DNA of 64,000 nt from Paramecium tetraurelia (lineage: Eukaryota). Each line of letters starts with the position of its first letter. The stretch's first letter is position 1. Under the pieces are notes generated by a model. The model ran no database searches, was not told the origin of the DNA, and saw only the letters and a program-made list of their open reading frames with translations. The translations under genes and the position numbers were made by a program. The DNA is taken from positions 124,001 through 188,000 of the forward strand of contig CT868665.1 of assembly GCA_000165425.1 (NCBI GenBank), written 5' to 3'. Below are positions 15,147 to 29,069 of this stretch, one piece after another.

Positions 15147-15688
15147 TTATTAATGTTAATATAGATAGTAATTTCAATTAACAATATTTATTCTATGGAG
15201 TTTAAGATAAAATCTTAAATAATAAACTATTGATTTTACTATATAAGTAGGAATATAAGAATAACATTAAGATTAAACCAAATCTAAAATAACAGAAAAT
15301 ATTCAATCAATATCTTTGAAGGAGCCTTTTTAAGATGATATTTATGTTGACTTGTTAATAAAATCAAACTATTCTTTTTTATCCTTATGAAAATAAAAAA
15401 TGATCATCTTTTTGAGACTTCTATTATTTGCATTTAAAACATCCACAGGAAACATCATATTTATTTTTGACTTATTTATAGAATTTATCTTAATCATAAT
15501 GAGTGAGTTTTAAGATATCCCTCATTTTCTAAACGTTTATGATACATTTTTATATTAGATTAACCAATCATTGATAAAATATAAATAAATATTTAAATAC
15601 CTATTTATTATTAATAATGTTTATTTATAATTTATCATATTACTTATTGCATAATTAATATTAACATATTATTTTTACAATAAATTAC

Positions 15689-16402
15689 TCATTATTTAGC
15701 AGCATTTGATAATATACCTCTGAATATCTTGGACCCACCAAAATTAAGGACCTAGATATTATAAATTTAATACAGGTGATTATTATTTGCTTGTTTTTTT
15801 CCTCTCATTCCTTTACATGCTATTTACTGGTTTGTGCTCCACAGATTAAGATCTTTCTTTTCGATCTTCAGGAGTTGGTGGCAAATTCACTGGATTTGGC
15901 ATAGGAGTAATGAATTAACCAAACTATTCTAATTTTCTTTTTCTTTTAACCTTATTCTCAGATATCTTTGCTTTTTCTTTATTCTCCTTTAATATAAAGT
16001 TTTTAAATACTTTTTATGCTTTTTTATCACTTTCTTTTAAGGCAACTAAAATAAAGTTTTTATATATTAATGATTCCCTAACTAGTTTGATTTGGGTCAA
16101 ATTTTTGAAATATGAATCAAGTAGCTATTATCTTTGTTATATAAGTTAAATATTAGAATTGACAGATTTCCACCAATATGATCCTGGAAATGCAGGTAAG
16201 TCAACTTTTAATGTTTCTAGGGTTTCATGAAATCTTTTAAGTTCTGAATATCTATAATGATTTTCGAATGTTTAAAGTGACTTTTAGTTTTGAAACCTAA
16301 GAAAATTAGCTAATCGTTTTACTGAACTCGATATTAGACTAAATCCTCATTTTTCTTGAATTCTGGGACTGTAATGAGGATGTCTTTTTCCTTATCTTAC
16401 AT
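15689..16402 (-). CDS. Hypothetical protein, predicted introns
   Basis: ATG MQDKEKDILITVPEFKK; coding-like frame with GT..AG micro-introns; Pro-rich C-terminal part; TGA at 15689-15691. Confidence 0.55.
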
Positions 16403-16628
16403 AAACTTATTGTTTAAATTCACAAATATATAAAAATAATTATTTAAATTCTTTAGTAAAATGTGTTTTGAATTTCAAGAAATGGTTAAAGAAATACCTA
16501 AGATTATTGAATTCATTGGGTATTTTCTATGAATTATTAATGTAATGAATAAATCATAATATTAATAAATTGAATAGATACTTAAACTAATAAGTAGTTT
16601 GAGTATTATAATTATAAACAATTGTGAT

Positions 16629-17581
16629 TCATTTTTGATATTTTTAATTAGATTCTTCTTGTTATTATTATAATAACTATTTTAAAAATTTAACTTCCTC
16701 TTTTAAACTATTCTTTTCTTATTTCCAAAGTGCTTCTTTTGTTTAATAAGAGTTCAAGATTTTAGAGGTTTTTAAATATAATTCTTAGAGAAGATTTTAA
16801 TTATGTTATTTTGAAAGTGACATTCTTTTGTTTTCAGCAGAATGTACTTTATTATCTTTAACTTTTTTTACATGTTTTTCATCTTGATTTCGAGCAGTAC
16901 CATTCTCTAATATAAATTAAACTCATACATTTTTTATGGCTTTTTTATTGTATATATTATCTTAGGACTTCGTTTAATGATCCAAATACATTCATATGAG
17001 TCTGTTTAGAATGAGTACTTGTAAAAAAGCCTAGAATTAAAAGCAAAGATACCTGATGCAATTTTACTCATATAATTGGGACTCTTTTAAAGACTTTTTG
17101 ATGTCATAACATGTTTTTCTTTAGCATAATCATCTTCTTATATAAAATCACCTAATTGAGGAGGTCTTTTCTTTTTATAATCAACTTATGCACTTTACTC
17201 CTTTTAAGCTACATTTATTTAAGGTTAAAGCAGCTAATTTAATGAATTTCCATTTCTTTTTATGGTATTTTCTTTTACATTTTGATTTTGTTTTAAAACA
17301 TGAATTAAATCATTTTTCACATTCCCTTAAGGTTTAGCATTTAATGAGGCTTTATTTATACTATGTCTTAAAAGAGACTCAATTCCTTTTGATGGACTAG
17401 GAATTTTTTATTTTAGCCTATTGTTGATGACATCTTTTTAAGCATTGCTCATGCATTGCTGAGATTTCTAATTGCTTTTAGAATCTGAGTGCTCTTGATT
17501 GCGCATTTCATGTGGCTTAATTGGTGAATTAACAGATAATAGTTTCTGTAAAGCGGTTAATGCTTTAGGTGTTATTTGCAT
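16629..17581 (-). CDS. Hypothetical basic, low-complexity protein
   Basis: ATG MQITPKALTALQKLLS; K/Q/S-rich code-6 frame; 3' end approximate. Confidence 0.55.
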
Positions 17582-17657
17582 AAATAAATATTATTTCGTA
17601 TATTAGAATAAAATTAAACAAATGATAACGAATAATATTATCATTAAATATTATATA

Positions 17658-19174
17658 TCATTTAAATATAGTATCATTATTAATTTATTAATCTATTTTT
17701 GATTCACTATGATTACTTGCTTTTTCATTAGATCTTTAAATTGAATGATGATATCTATCATCATTTTCTTCTTGTATGATGTCTAGATTATCATTATAAG
17801 CAATGACCTTTTTGGTAATGAACCCTTGGATTTCTAAATGCTCTTGTTGATTGTTTTTATTGGATTATTGTAATTAAGTAGCACAAACTGTTTCAAATTC
17901 ATTCTCCAATTCTTCATAATCCACTAATTGGTCTTGTCTATTGAAGTTATTTGAAGGAGAAGTGTTTTCTTCTATTTATACATCCTCCTCAAAACTATCC
18001 TCAGCATTTTAACTCTAAGAGTATTAAGGAGCACCATCCAAAGGTCCATAACCAGTAATTTTATGATCAGAGAACATTGCCTTCTGTTTACTCAAAGTGC
18101 CATTCATATCAATCAGGTATTATTACTGTCTTGATTCCTATTAAAAAATGTGGATAGGAATTGCAAAGGTTAATTGATTGCAACTGTAGAAATTCTATGA
18201 ATAATTAGCTATCAGACAGAAGTTATAATGATAGATGATTCTATCACTAAAGAGTGTGGATTGAGGAAATATTGATTTTGGATCATTTGAATCCTATTCT
18301 AATTTCAACTTATATTCTAATTATCTTTTTTACCCTCCTTTTACAACAACTACATAGAATTAAAATATTACTATTATGCGCTTATTTTGATAGACCAAAA
18401 TAATTGGATATTCTCAATTTTAAGACAGGATAAAGGATTATCAATTAGGATTAGACAGAAAAGGTTAAATTTAATAAATTTAAATCAGTTTTAGTATTGT
18501 CGACCTCGAGATTTGCCTCAATAACGTCGCCTATTGCAAATCCTTATTTATTAATTTGTAGAGATATTTAAGCACTCTATTTAATATGAAATATTGTACT
18601 CCGCCATTGAGAAAGCACAATTTCTTTAGTTCTTTTTGTTCTCCCACATAGCATATTGATTACATCAGTGAAGGTGAAGGTAGATGATGAATATGAATCG
18701 TTATTTTGTGCGATTGATCTATTTTGTAAAGAGTTTATGAAGTTTCATCAGTAAAATAGACTGATAAAATGTACTACATCCTACATTGCACAGTTTTGTA
18801 ATAGTTTATACAAAAACTTGGGATTTCTTAGGGAGTTTCTATTTCAAAATGTCTTTTTTAAATTCCTTGTGTAAGGTGACTTTAAGATCAAAATAACAAT
18901 TACGAGCCGAAATTGCAAAGCCATTTATGTTTGGTATAAAAAATGTCCTTGAATCTAAAAAACTAATTCTATTTATCAAATTGATTGACCTTCTGGACTC
19001 CAATTAACTTAATGAATTAATGCAAATTACTTTTAGAAATAACATGCTACACTCAAGATCTGGAGTTTTGGCTTTTAAATAGATAACACCTTTAATAACA
19101 TCTCCTGCTCTATAATTAGCCTTATCAACTTTAAGAGACACTTATAATTAACCGTTATCTAATTTCGTAATCAT
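17658..19174 (-). CDS. Arrestin-fold (alpha-arrestin-like) protein
   Basis: The N-terminus LQVSLKVDKANYRAGDVIKGVIYL and HFEIETPQEIPSF fit the arrestin_N pattern; acidic tail. Confidence 0.62.
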
Positions 19175-19224
19175 CAAGAATTTTTAAATTTTATTATAGC
19201 AATTCACATAGATATACATTCATG

Positions 19225-20793
19225 TCAATAAATATTTACATAATATTTTGGCACTTCAAATTAGATGTCGAACAACAGTTTTTTATCAACTACATACATT
19301 TATTCCCTCTTTGGAGATTTAAATACTAATTAATTCACATATTTCACAACTACGTTTTTTGATTCATTGTCCTATTGAGAAACAGTCGACTAAGGTTAGA
19401 CTTCAAAATATTAAATGGATTTACCTTGTATTTCATTTTTATTCTACTCCAAATGAGAATAATCTGATGATGCGTTTTTTAACTAGAAAGAACTATTTAA
19501 GTGATCTATTTGTTTGATTTCCTCCTTTTCTAAATAGGGTTCTTATCCTTCCTTTTAAAATCTCAGCACTCCCTTGAATTTAGTCACCTCTCCTTACTGA
19601 AATATAGAATTTAATATACTTCATCGATTCCATTCTCAAATTAAGTATCTTATTATGACATTCCAAAATTAGTGGGTGTTTCAGGCAACAAAATGTCAGA
19701 TTAGATCTATTCAAAGTTTTATTGCTGCTTTTATTGATTATCTAAATCAGCCAAAATACTGCTTTCATCAATTTGTTAAGAATTTTTCATTTCTACCTAA
19801 CTGATTATTTATTGTTAATCAAAACCGACGCCTTATTAATTATCTTATTATACTGATGATTTAGTATTCTACTTTGATTCACTTACTATTAATAATAATA
19901 ATAACTTTAATTACTTTATGAACAACTCAAACTTAATGCTTTATCAATGGAATGTTCTTAAGCATCATTAATTTTATCTAATGAAATTGATCTGTTAAGT
20001 TCCACCTATTAATCTTCTTAACTGTTTAATATGATTTCATTTTATTCTCTATTCTCTGATTATTATTATTATTATTTTTATTCCTCATTTTCTAATTATT
20101 AATTGTCTTCATGGTTTTGAACTTCTCTACTCTCATCACTTTCTTGAGGTTTAACCAACTATGAAAAATTGAAAGAATGCAAAGCTCCTGATGCAAATTC
20201 ACATCCTAAAGCACCTGGTCCTCCCCAATTGAATTTAGGTTCTAATACAACAACTCTTGGCGACTTTTTAGTTAATGGGGAAAATATGCAGAGCTTAAAG
20301 ATGGATATGATGAATACTTCAATTGATTATTTAGAATATGCTTATCCTGTTACAATATCTGAGAATTCATCAATTGTTTAACATCTATGAGATTTAACTC
20401 CTAGTAGATAATCTTGATTGCTTTTTAGTCCACTTGATTCTGCAGGACTACCCTTTAATACTTTGGTAATATGAAGAATCAAAGGATTTATTGATTCGTA
20501 TCTGATATAAAGACCCAATTTAATTGTGGATCGTGGCTCAGAAATGTAGATTTTTCTGGTTTCCATAGAAAAAATATTCAAGATAGACAACTCTATTGGC
20601 TCATCACTTTCGAGTAATTTGAGAGCATTCACTTAGGAATCGGATTTTATCTGGACTATATAATCTAGAAAGATTTCCAAATCTATAATGTTGTTGACAG
20701 AATAATACTGAGGTTTGATCCAAATGAATTGGGTTCAATTGATATGATTCTGTATCCATAGCCATTGCCAATTTGCGATGAATTATTGCCCAT
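19225..20793 (-). CDS. GRASP55/65 Golgi reassembly-stacking protein (tandem PDZ-like domains) with a Q-rich tail
   Basis: Myristoylation-type start MGNNSS, then GYGYRII, LGLYIRY, LHITKVLKGSPAESSGL..DYLLG, and the signature PKFNWGGPGALGCEFASGALH. Confidence 0.87.
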
Positions 20794-20829
20794 TTATAAT
20801 ATTATATATATTATTATTATATATATTGG

Positions 20830-21174
20830 TCATAATGCACATGCAAATACATTAACTATGCCTATCATTGCTTCAGTTTCATGTTTGATGGTGAGTGATC
20901 CATCAGTTTCGTTATCCCAATAGCAAGATCCAGAAATGTTGAGACCACATTCAGCCTTCTACATTAGGAGGCAATTCACAATGAATTTGAAATTTTTGTT
21001 ATTAGTTGTTAATTGTTTCAATATCGAATCACAGATTTTATTACTTCTAGTTTGAGCATCGGTGTGATCATATGTTATTTTATCTAATTCTTTATGTAAG
21101 GTTTATTAAACAAATTTCTAGACTTCATTTTTGAGAGGACCATTAAAACTAACTTAGTTTCCTAGTGAATCCAT
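20830..21174 (-). CDS. Dynein light chain, Tctex-1 type, 114 aa
   Basis: FKFIVNCLLMQKAECGLNISGSCYWDNETDGSLTIKHETEAMIGIVNVFAC is the Tctex-1 signature. Confidence 0.92.
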
Positions 21175-21215
21175 TTATATATTTTTAATTTAAATTATAT
21201 TATATTAATCTATAA

Positions 21216-23077
21216 TCAGTATGATGATTTAATTTAGAACTTATACACACCTCCTTAATGTTTCTTTTTTGTGAATAACTACTAATTAGAGATGGGAGTG
21301 TAATCTAGTCTAACATTATGAATGTCTTCAACATTAGTTTGATGATGATCAAGTTTCGTAGTTTTAGATGAAGAAAACTAATTTTTATTGATATCAATAG
21401 TTGGTTAGACATTAATGGAGAGCTTTTTGAGTTTGTTTTACATGATCTTAGCATAAGTTAGAGAATTGAAATTCGACTAACTTTGGGATCTAGCTTAGCC
21501 TTAAGTCTTAATGCTGGATCTGAGACTAAGTTACAAGTCCTTGCTTCTAAGATCATTTTCAGATTGCATTTGTGTTCTGTTTCTTTGATACCTAGTTTCA
21601 GATCTGATGAGATTCATTTCATTTACATATGGATCACTTCTGAAAGGAACTAAGAAAGAGTACTTATCAGCTTGGATAGTCTCAATGTTTTCAATGCTCT
21701 ATTTCAGATTCTCTATTTCATAATAATAAATAGCCTTTTGTGCTTATTCAACAGTTCTTTCCATTTTCTTTTTCAACTTGTCAATTTATTATTCTACTTT
21801 TATTTTCTTATAATATGACGATTTGATTTAATCCAGATCAAATTAATACACTTCATCCCCAATTCTTTCAGTCAAATTCGGATTTTGAGTAGTTCTCTGA
21901 CCAAGATGACTCTGGATCTAGAATTTCACATTTTCATATTTAAGGAAATCATCGATGGATGAATAAAGTTGGAAATAGTCTAATAGTTATCGGTATTTGA
22001 TCCTATAGTAAGTGGAATCTGTTTTGGCCTTGGCAGTAGTAATTCTACAGTTGAGTTATTTGAAGTGTTCAAAATCTCCAAAAAATTAGCCAGAATTGAT
22101 AATGGCCATGATACTAGGTTTAGGTACAAAATTGTGATGATTGGACGCTTACTCTTTATTGGGACTTGACCATTAAACAACTTCAATCTCCCCATTTATT
22201 ACTAGATAAATGTATTCATCAGGTTTCCCTTTTTAAAAAACAAATTATCCAACCTTCTTATTTTAAACCTCAAGACTTTATAATAAAACTAATTGATTCT
22301 AACGTTGCCACACACTGAAAATGGGTATTTTAGAAATAAAAGCTATTTTCTGATTTGTTAATTCATGTTGGAATGCTCCAAGTATTCTTTAATACAGATC
22401 ATACGTGATGACTGCTAGAATGACTTCTGTTTTAGCAGCAACTGTAGCTGTTCTAGTAACTTTCTGTTCGATTGCTATTTCTCCAAATTAATCCCCTTCT
22501 ATTTTGGTTGCAACTTGTGTATAATCAGCAAAAACAAATTTGACCCATTCTTCAAAAGAACTAATATAGAATGTGAAATACTTGAATTTTTGTTTCTTTT
22601 GAGGTGGATTTTCTGTAGTATTTTTAGTTTTTGGGATTAAGATTACTAATTCACCTTGAAGAACAAAGTACATTCTTCTTCCAGGATCGCCATGTCTGAA
22701 TATGATTTTTGTGCTGTCATACCATTCAAGTGTCATCTCTCTGAATAGAGATTTGCAACTTTCATGATCCAACTTCTCTTTGAATTTACTAATCTAATAT
22801 CATTGTCTTTGTACCTATAATAAGGGAAGTTTTCTTCAAAATAGGTTTTAACTGCTTCCAGTTATTCATCTGTTCTATTTTACGAGTATTACTTCAAAAT
22901 ATATATAGTTCTTTGTAACTGTATTGTTTTAGTGTGTGAACTATCTCTCTACCAAAGAGTAGCCACCTTCTCTAAAATACTCATATTTCGACGTTCTTAA
23001 TCTTCTTTCTATTTTGCCGATATTACAATTTATTAGAATGCATTTGTAACTCCTTTTAATGTTGTGCTGTTTTTCAT
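21216..23077 (-). CDS. Cyclic-nucleotide-binding domain protein
   Basis: IIFRHGDPGRRMYFVLQGELVIL and EGDQFGEIAIEQKVTRTATVAA (phosphate-binding cassette); a second CNBD-like segment follows. Confidence 0.85.
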
Positions 23078-23267
23078 ATTAATTTAATTATGTTTCTATT
23101 AAGGTTTCAAAATCTATACAATTCTCATCTTTAATATCTCTAAATTAAGTCTTTGGGGTCAGATTAATCCAAATATTAATAACTCCGATGTATTAAGATC
23201 ATTAAACATATTTAGTCTGCCTAAAACAATTCATTCTAATAAAGGATTCATTTGATAAGATTAAGTA

Positions 23268-23990
23268 ATGAAAGGAGATGCTGTACATTACAAGATTTTT
23301 GATGAATCTCATGATCAAATGGATTATAAAGAAATCTATCATTAAGCCGAAGATTTGAAAGGACAAGAATATAATAACTATTTATAAAGTCTTTTTGACT
23401 ATTCATGCAGTCAAAGATATCAAATTTAAACTATAAATAAGAAATGCCTAATCCACCCAAAAGATTTTATCTTGGTTACTCATCTAGAGGGTTTCTCAAA
23501 TTATTCCAAAATAAAATGTAATTTATCGCAATCTGCGTTGGTATGTTTCTACTCATTTTTGTTATGTATCAAGCCCAATAATATTCCTAAATAATTCTGT
23601 ATCTCAAATGCAAAATAGGAGAATGACTAAATACTAATTTATATAATTTGTTGAAACAGCAAACCGTCAAAGAAGATTAGTAATTTTTACGAAAATCACA
23701 ATTCAGATAAAGAAGACTGAAGATTTTAAATAGTTCCGAAATGAACAACTTTAGATATAAAAGGAACTTAAAGATCAAGTAAAATTGGTCCTGAAATTCA
23801 GACTTTATTAAATACAACTGATCTTAAAAATGGTTGTATAAAAATTAATCTACTTACTAAAAGTTATATAAATAATCTATGGGATTGTTGTTGGATTATC
23901 ATTAAATATTCTTTTAATTTATATATTGTATTGAAATTTGAAGGATAGGAATCAGTCATTGGTATGGATTAAGAATATAATCAGGGGACT
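23268..23990 (+). pseudogene. Possible decayed gene remnant
   Basis: About 128-codon code-6 ORF (MKGDAVHYKIFDES...) followed by coding-like sequence broken by TGAs in several frames; no recognisable domain. Confidence 0.28.
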
Positions 23991-24766
23991 CAAGATTTCA
24001 AATATGATATCTACATTTATTAAACTTAATTAATAATTATTTTAACAATATGAATAATTAAGTTCTCTCCGAATTTTAAGCAAATTTTTCTGGGATTTAA
24101 CTAGAGGATAAGAATTGATTAACCAAATGTTTAATTTATAAACAAGTGGTTCTTATATTAATAAGTACTTATAAATGTATAATAACCAGATTTAATTAGA
24201 AAATACATATATAGAATTAAGAATGATCATATCAGGTAAGAGAAGTGGAGATTTAAATATAAATATATAGATGATAAGATGCTTTAAATTATTTAAAACA
24301 CAAATATAAAATGATGTATTACAATTAACCAATATTTAGTTGAGTTGAAAGAAAAAATTATAAGGTTTGATTATGAAAACAATGCTATTTTTTCATTACT
24401 TAATTAATGAATTGGATAGGAGAAATTTCTAAATCTATGATTATATCTTTTAAAATATGAATCAGAAAATTGTTAGAATAATTCAATTAACTTTAACTTT
24501 CTTCACAAAAGAAAAAATGTAAAATTTTAGATTAAGCTATTTCAAGTTTATAATAAATTCTGTAGAAATACAATTAATAAATCAAAAGATTTATTGTTGC
24601 CCAAGCTATCTGATCTAAATAGTAAGTTTAAAACTAAAGGGAAGTATGAAAGTAAGGGCTGCATTAATTATCTTAAATTTAATTGGATATTTAAGTTAAA
24701 TAAACAATTATTAAAATATTCGTTGTATGTTTAAATTCAAATTAAATAAATATTAAATACAACAGA

Positions 24767-26179
24767 ATGTTCAGACATAGGGATTTAAATGCATTTTTAT
24801 CTAATTACTAGTAGTTTGATCGATAAAGCAAGAAACCCTACGAATATCTAAATCTGTCATATCATCAATAATTTGAACATTCACCCATTAGAAAGCAAAC
24901 ATATACTTCAAAACCTAATGATATACAATATAAGAGTCTTCAAGAACCTTCTTTCTTAAGACAAAACTTATTGCCTAATTATGAACCAACAAAGTGTTCA
25001 AATTAAAGAAATGGAATCATCAAAGCTTATGCTGCAAATACAAATTAAGGGATTGTTAGAGATTACAATGAAGATAGAGTCTCTATAATATTAAATATTA
25101 TCAAACCTCAAAGTAGAAGTACAGAATAATGGCCAAAATGCTCATTTTTCGGAGTTTATGATGGGCATGGGGGAGCTGCATGTGCAGATTTTTTGAGGGA
25201 TAATTTACATTAATTTGTAGTTAAAGAACCAGATTTCCCATGGAACCCAGTTGGTGCCATCACTAAAGGATTTGAAGCAGCAGAAAAATAATTTTTATAA
25301 ATTGCCTAAGAATCCTATAACAAAGGAGTGCCTGAGAGAAGTGGATCTTGTGCTATTGTAGTATTAGTAGTAGGAGATACTTGTTATGTTGCAAATGTAG
25401 GAGATAGTAGAGCCGTGTTAAGTGCTGCATCTGGAAGGAAAGCTATTGCATTATCACATGATCATAAACCTGAGTTAGAATAAGAAAGAATTGTGAAAGG
25501 TGGAGGATCTGTTTATCAAACTCATGGAATTAATGAAGATGGTATGTAGATCTTGGGACCTGTGAGAGTGAATCCAGGTAGGTTGTCAGTATCAAGAACA
25601 TTTGGAGATATTGAAGCTAAATTTGAAAAGTTTGGTGGAAATCCAAAAGTTGTTATTGCTGAACCTGAAATTAAACAATTTAAAATAACTAATGAACATG
25701 ATTTTATTGTTTTAGGAAGTAATTTATTCAATTTTACCTAAAGGTGATGGAATATTTGATAAACTAAGTTCTTCTGATGTAATGAATATCATCTGGAAGG
25801 ATATTCTAAATTGTCAAGTAGGAAATAGTTTACACAATGTACTTTCCACATCAGTTGAATCTGTACTAAAGGAAAGCATCTAAAGAAAGAGTTAAGATAA
25901 TGTGACTTTGCTGGTTGTTGCTTTCTCGGTTGCTTCTTTAAAAGAGGAAGAACTCAGAATGAAAACATCCTCGTCTATTGAGAAATTGGTTAAAGTTCCA
26001 TTAACTAATAATATTCCAAATATGAGAATGAGGTATAAATTGAAATCTACTTATTTAGTTATTCCAAAAAGACAAATGATGAAAATAATCCTTTCTTACT
26101 TAACACATAGAAGATGAATCCGCATCAGAAGTTGAAAGTAGAAGAAACAACCCGATACAAACCTAGTTATATTAACTGA
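24767..26179 (+). CDS. Protein phosphatase 2C (PPM family)
   Basis: RDYNEDR, FFGVYDGHGG, ANVGDSRAVL, SHDHKP, PGRLSVSRTFGD, LGSDGIFD (across intron 25719-25743) and SQDNVT. Confidence 0.94.
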
Positions 26180-26199
26180 TTATAAAGATTAGAATAATT

Positions 26200-27480
26200 A
26201 ATTATTTTTTTTATTCCAACTTCTCAATTTCTTTTTACTTTTTAACTGTTTGGTCTTTAAAAGTCTGTTTATGTTATTTCATCACTCAAAAACTTACTTC
26301 TTATTAATGGCTCCTAAATTTCTATTCAATATGCTATATCTATTTAGCTAATTTTGCTTCCAACTCTTCTTTATCTTTAGGACTTGATTCAAATGTTTTA
26401 AAAGATGCATATTTTCCTAGGTTTTCTAGTAGATTTCTTAATCTCTCCACAATAAAAGTTTTTTAAACTTCTTATCGTTTTTTGGGAATATTTGACTAAG
26501 AATTGATTTTATCTGCATAATTCATTAGTAATTTCACCTGTCAAATGTTTTTGATACAATTATTTCAATTTTTGTGGCCAATCCTAATTATATTAGTTAG
26601 ATTACAGATTCTCTTGAATTATGAATATATTGAAGTGATATCTTTGATAAATAATTTGATAGCTATTTCTGCGTTTTACTTTATTCAGTTATATTTTCTG
26701 AAATTTATTAGAACATTTTTCTAAATATTTAATAGAGTGGCTTATTTCTTCTTTTTTCTCCTGATAGCAGTTTTAATATCAATAGTAATTAATTTTTGAT
26801 AAATCCTGATACTTCTTACAATTCTGTTTTAATTTCTGCATATCTTCATTCATAACTTTCCTTTAATTAATCATTTTCTTGACTTTTTCTTCATATTACT
26901 TATAATTCCTATCTGATTTTTTCAGATTCTTTCTATTTCAATATTTCTAACTCCTATTATTATTATACAACATCAATTTCTTTACAATTAAACTTTTCAG
27001 ATTTATAAATCATGAATTACTTATCTTTTGTTTAGGTATCCTTTCTATAATTTAGCAATCTTTTATTGAAAATGTATTTTGTAATTTCTATATTCATCTT
27101 ATATAATGGATTGTTAGTCATTTTTTTATTTGCAATGATATAATTTCACTTTTATTGGAAATTATGCCATCATATAGCAATTTAAAATCTGATTGGAATC
27201 TTTGTGTAATCATATTCCAATCCTTTTAGGTTCTACTAAAATTTCTATATTTCTTCAATTAAAATTTGTTCCAACTAAAGGTATTTCTCTTCTCAATTAA
27301 TATTTTAATCTTATACAAAGTTTCTAATTCTTAAATTGCTTTCAAATTGATTGTAATATTTCTAAATAAATTAAAATGTTTGTTTTCTTTTTGAGTGTTT
27401 TCAATCTTGAGTTACTGATACCTAAGATCTCTAAATTTAATCTCTTCATTTAACTTCGATTCAAATTCAGATTACTGCAT
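26200..27480 (-). pseudogene. Frameshifted coiled-coil gene relic, possibly CFAP57/WDR65 C-terminus-like
   Basis: The frame from ATG 27480 stops at TGA 27118-27120. The coiled-coil text ELETLYKIKILIE..KYLQLEQILIEEI needs a 1-nt shift near 27290, and further TGAs occur in alternative frames. Confidence 0.4.
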
Positions 27481-27520
27481 TAATTATAATTTTAATATAA
27501 AATATTTCAATATTATGACT

Positions 27521-28342
27521 TCATTTTCCAAATAATGTGCTTCTGATGATGGGCAATGAATCTTAAAATGTTTATTCAGTTCTAACATCTAATGTGTTCT
27601 TGCAGACAATCAAACCGTCCTTGGTTGTCATCAAAATACCACCAAAACACTTTTTATCATTCTCAGTTTTTGATATCACCTAGCATATATGGATGTCTTA
27701 CTTCTGATGCTGATTCTTGTATTGAGTAATCCTAAACACTTTTTGTTGAATTGTCAATAAGAGTTCTTTCATCCAAACATTTCTCTTCATCAATCTCTAT
27801 TTTGACTTCAAATTCCAATCCGTTCAATTCTTTCCTCAGAATATCTTAGAATTCAGAAATAGCATCATCTATGACATTTCTTACATGTCTGATATCACGA
27901 TGTAAACATCTTGAATGATATAAAAAATATGTACCTCACTACAACCTCATGTTCAAATAATTTAATTAATCCTTGAACCATTAAATTTTTCAATAATTCC
28001 TCATAAAACTTTTCATCTTATCTAATCATTTTGTAAATTTGATATTGCGACTAAATTAATATGCATATGTACATCTGAGAAGATCTTAGTCAAGGCTTAG
28101 TTTCTGGCATTCATCAATCTCATTCTAGCTCCATTTACAAGAGCACTATGTTTGATTCTCTCTTGTTAAGCCTTCTTCTTATATTTTGTATTGATTTCTT
28201 CCTATATGTTCGATTTCTCCTTTTCCACAATTTGCTTTTTCTCCTTCTCAAATTACTTGAATGCCTTGACTTCAATTTCAAAGCATTTCTCTCTCGCTTC
28301 CTAAAGCACAAATTCAGCCAAAGATATCTAATCTTACAACAT
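27521..28342 (-). CDS. V-type ATPase V1 subunit E; 2 introns
   Basis: FVLQEAREKCFEIEVKA, SALVNGARMRLMNARN and CFGGILMTTKDGLIVCKNTLDVR..LPIIRSTLFG*. Confidence 0.92.
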
Positions 28343-28437
28343 TATTAATAAATATTTATTTCTTGTGTATAATTAAATCCGTCAGTCTCAAGAAATTCTA
28401 AACTAAATAATCAATAGCATATAAATATATATATAAT

Positions 28438-29004
28438 ATGTATCAACAAAATAAAAAGTTAGGATCAATGTTATACTTATCAGTGAATCTTTAAAGCCAT
28501 TTATCTAATGAAATTGTCGGTACAACCAACATCTATTAATTTTTTTCATTATAGTATATTTGCTTAGGATAATCTTAAAGGAATCTGTCTAAGTTTTAGG
28601 CTATTGCCATAAAATAATATCCCTGTTTTTCAGGTAACATCAGAATCATCTATTACAAATTTGGATCAATCTATTAGAGTTGAATCACGAGCTTTATTTA
28701 GGCTTGTTTGTTTGTATTAGGATTAAGACTAAAACTAGTTGAGAATATATCTGATGGTCTAGCATTAGCTATTGCTCCTAAAAGTTCGAGTTGACTATAA
28801 GGAGGATAGGAATAATATAAACAAGCAGCAATACCTTCTTCTAAGGGCTACATCAAGAAGAAGGCTATTGAAGTTATTATGGCAGGATTATTTACATCAA
28901 CTACAAAGCTATTATTTATCTAAGTGAACTAAGTAATTGCCAATTATCCTGGAATCATTACAGAAAATGGGGTTATAATAGGTTATGAAAACATCAAAAT
29001 GTGA
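28438..29004 (+). pseudogene. Possible decayed gene remnant
   Basis: Coding-like composition, but each frame is interrupted by TGA (e.g. 28681-28683) with no obvious intron to rescue it. Confidence 0.28.
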
Positions 29005-29069
29005 AATTATTATTAATAATATATAAGTGTCATTTTTATATTATGAAAATTGCAAGAACATTCTAGAAT

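Noticed and set aside
28148..28348. Hydrophobic Leu/Phe-rich + ORF (likewise 41055-41387, 30817-31011, 63415-63690)
   Set aside because: Antisense to K/E/Q-rich real genes; an artefact of standard-code ORF calling.
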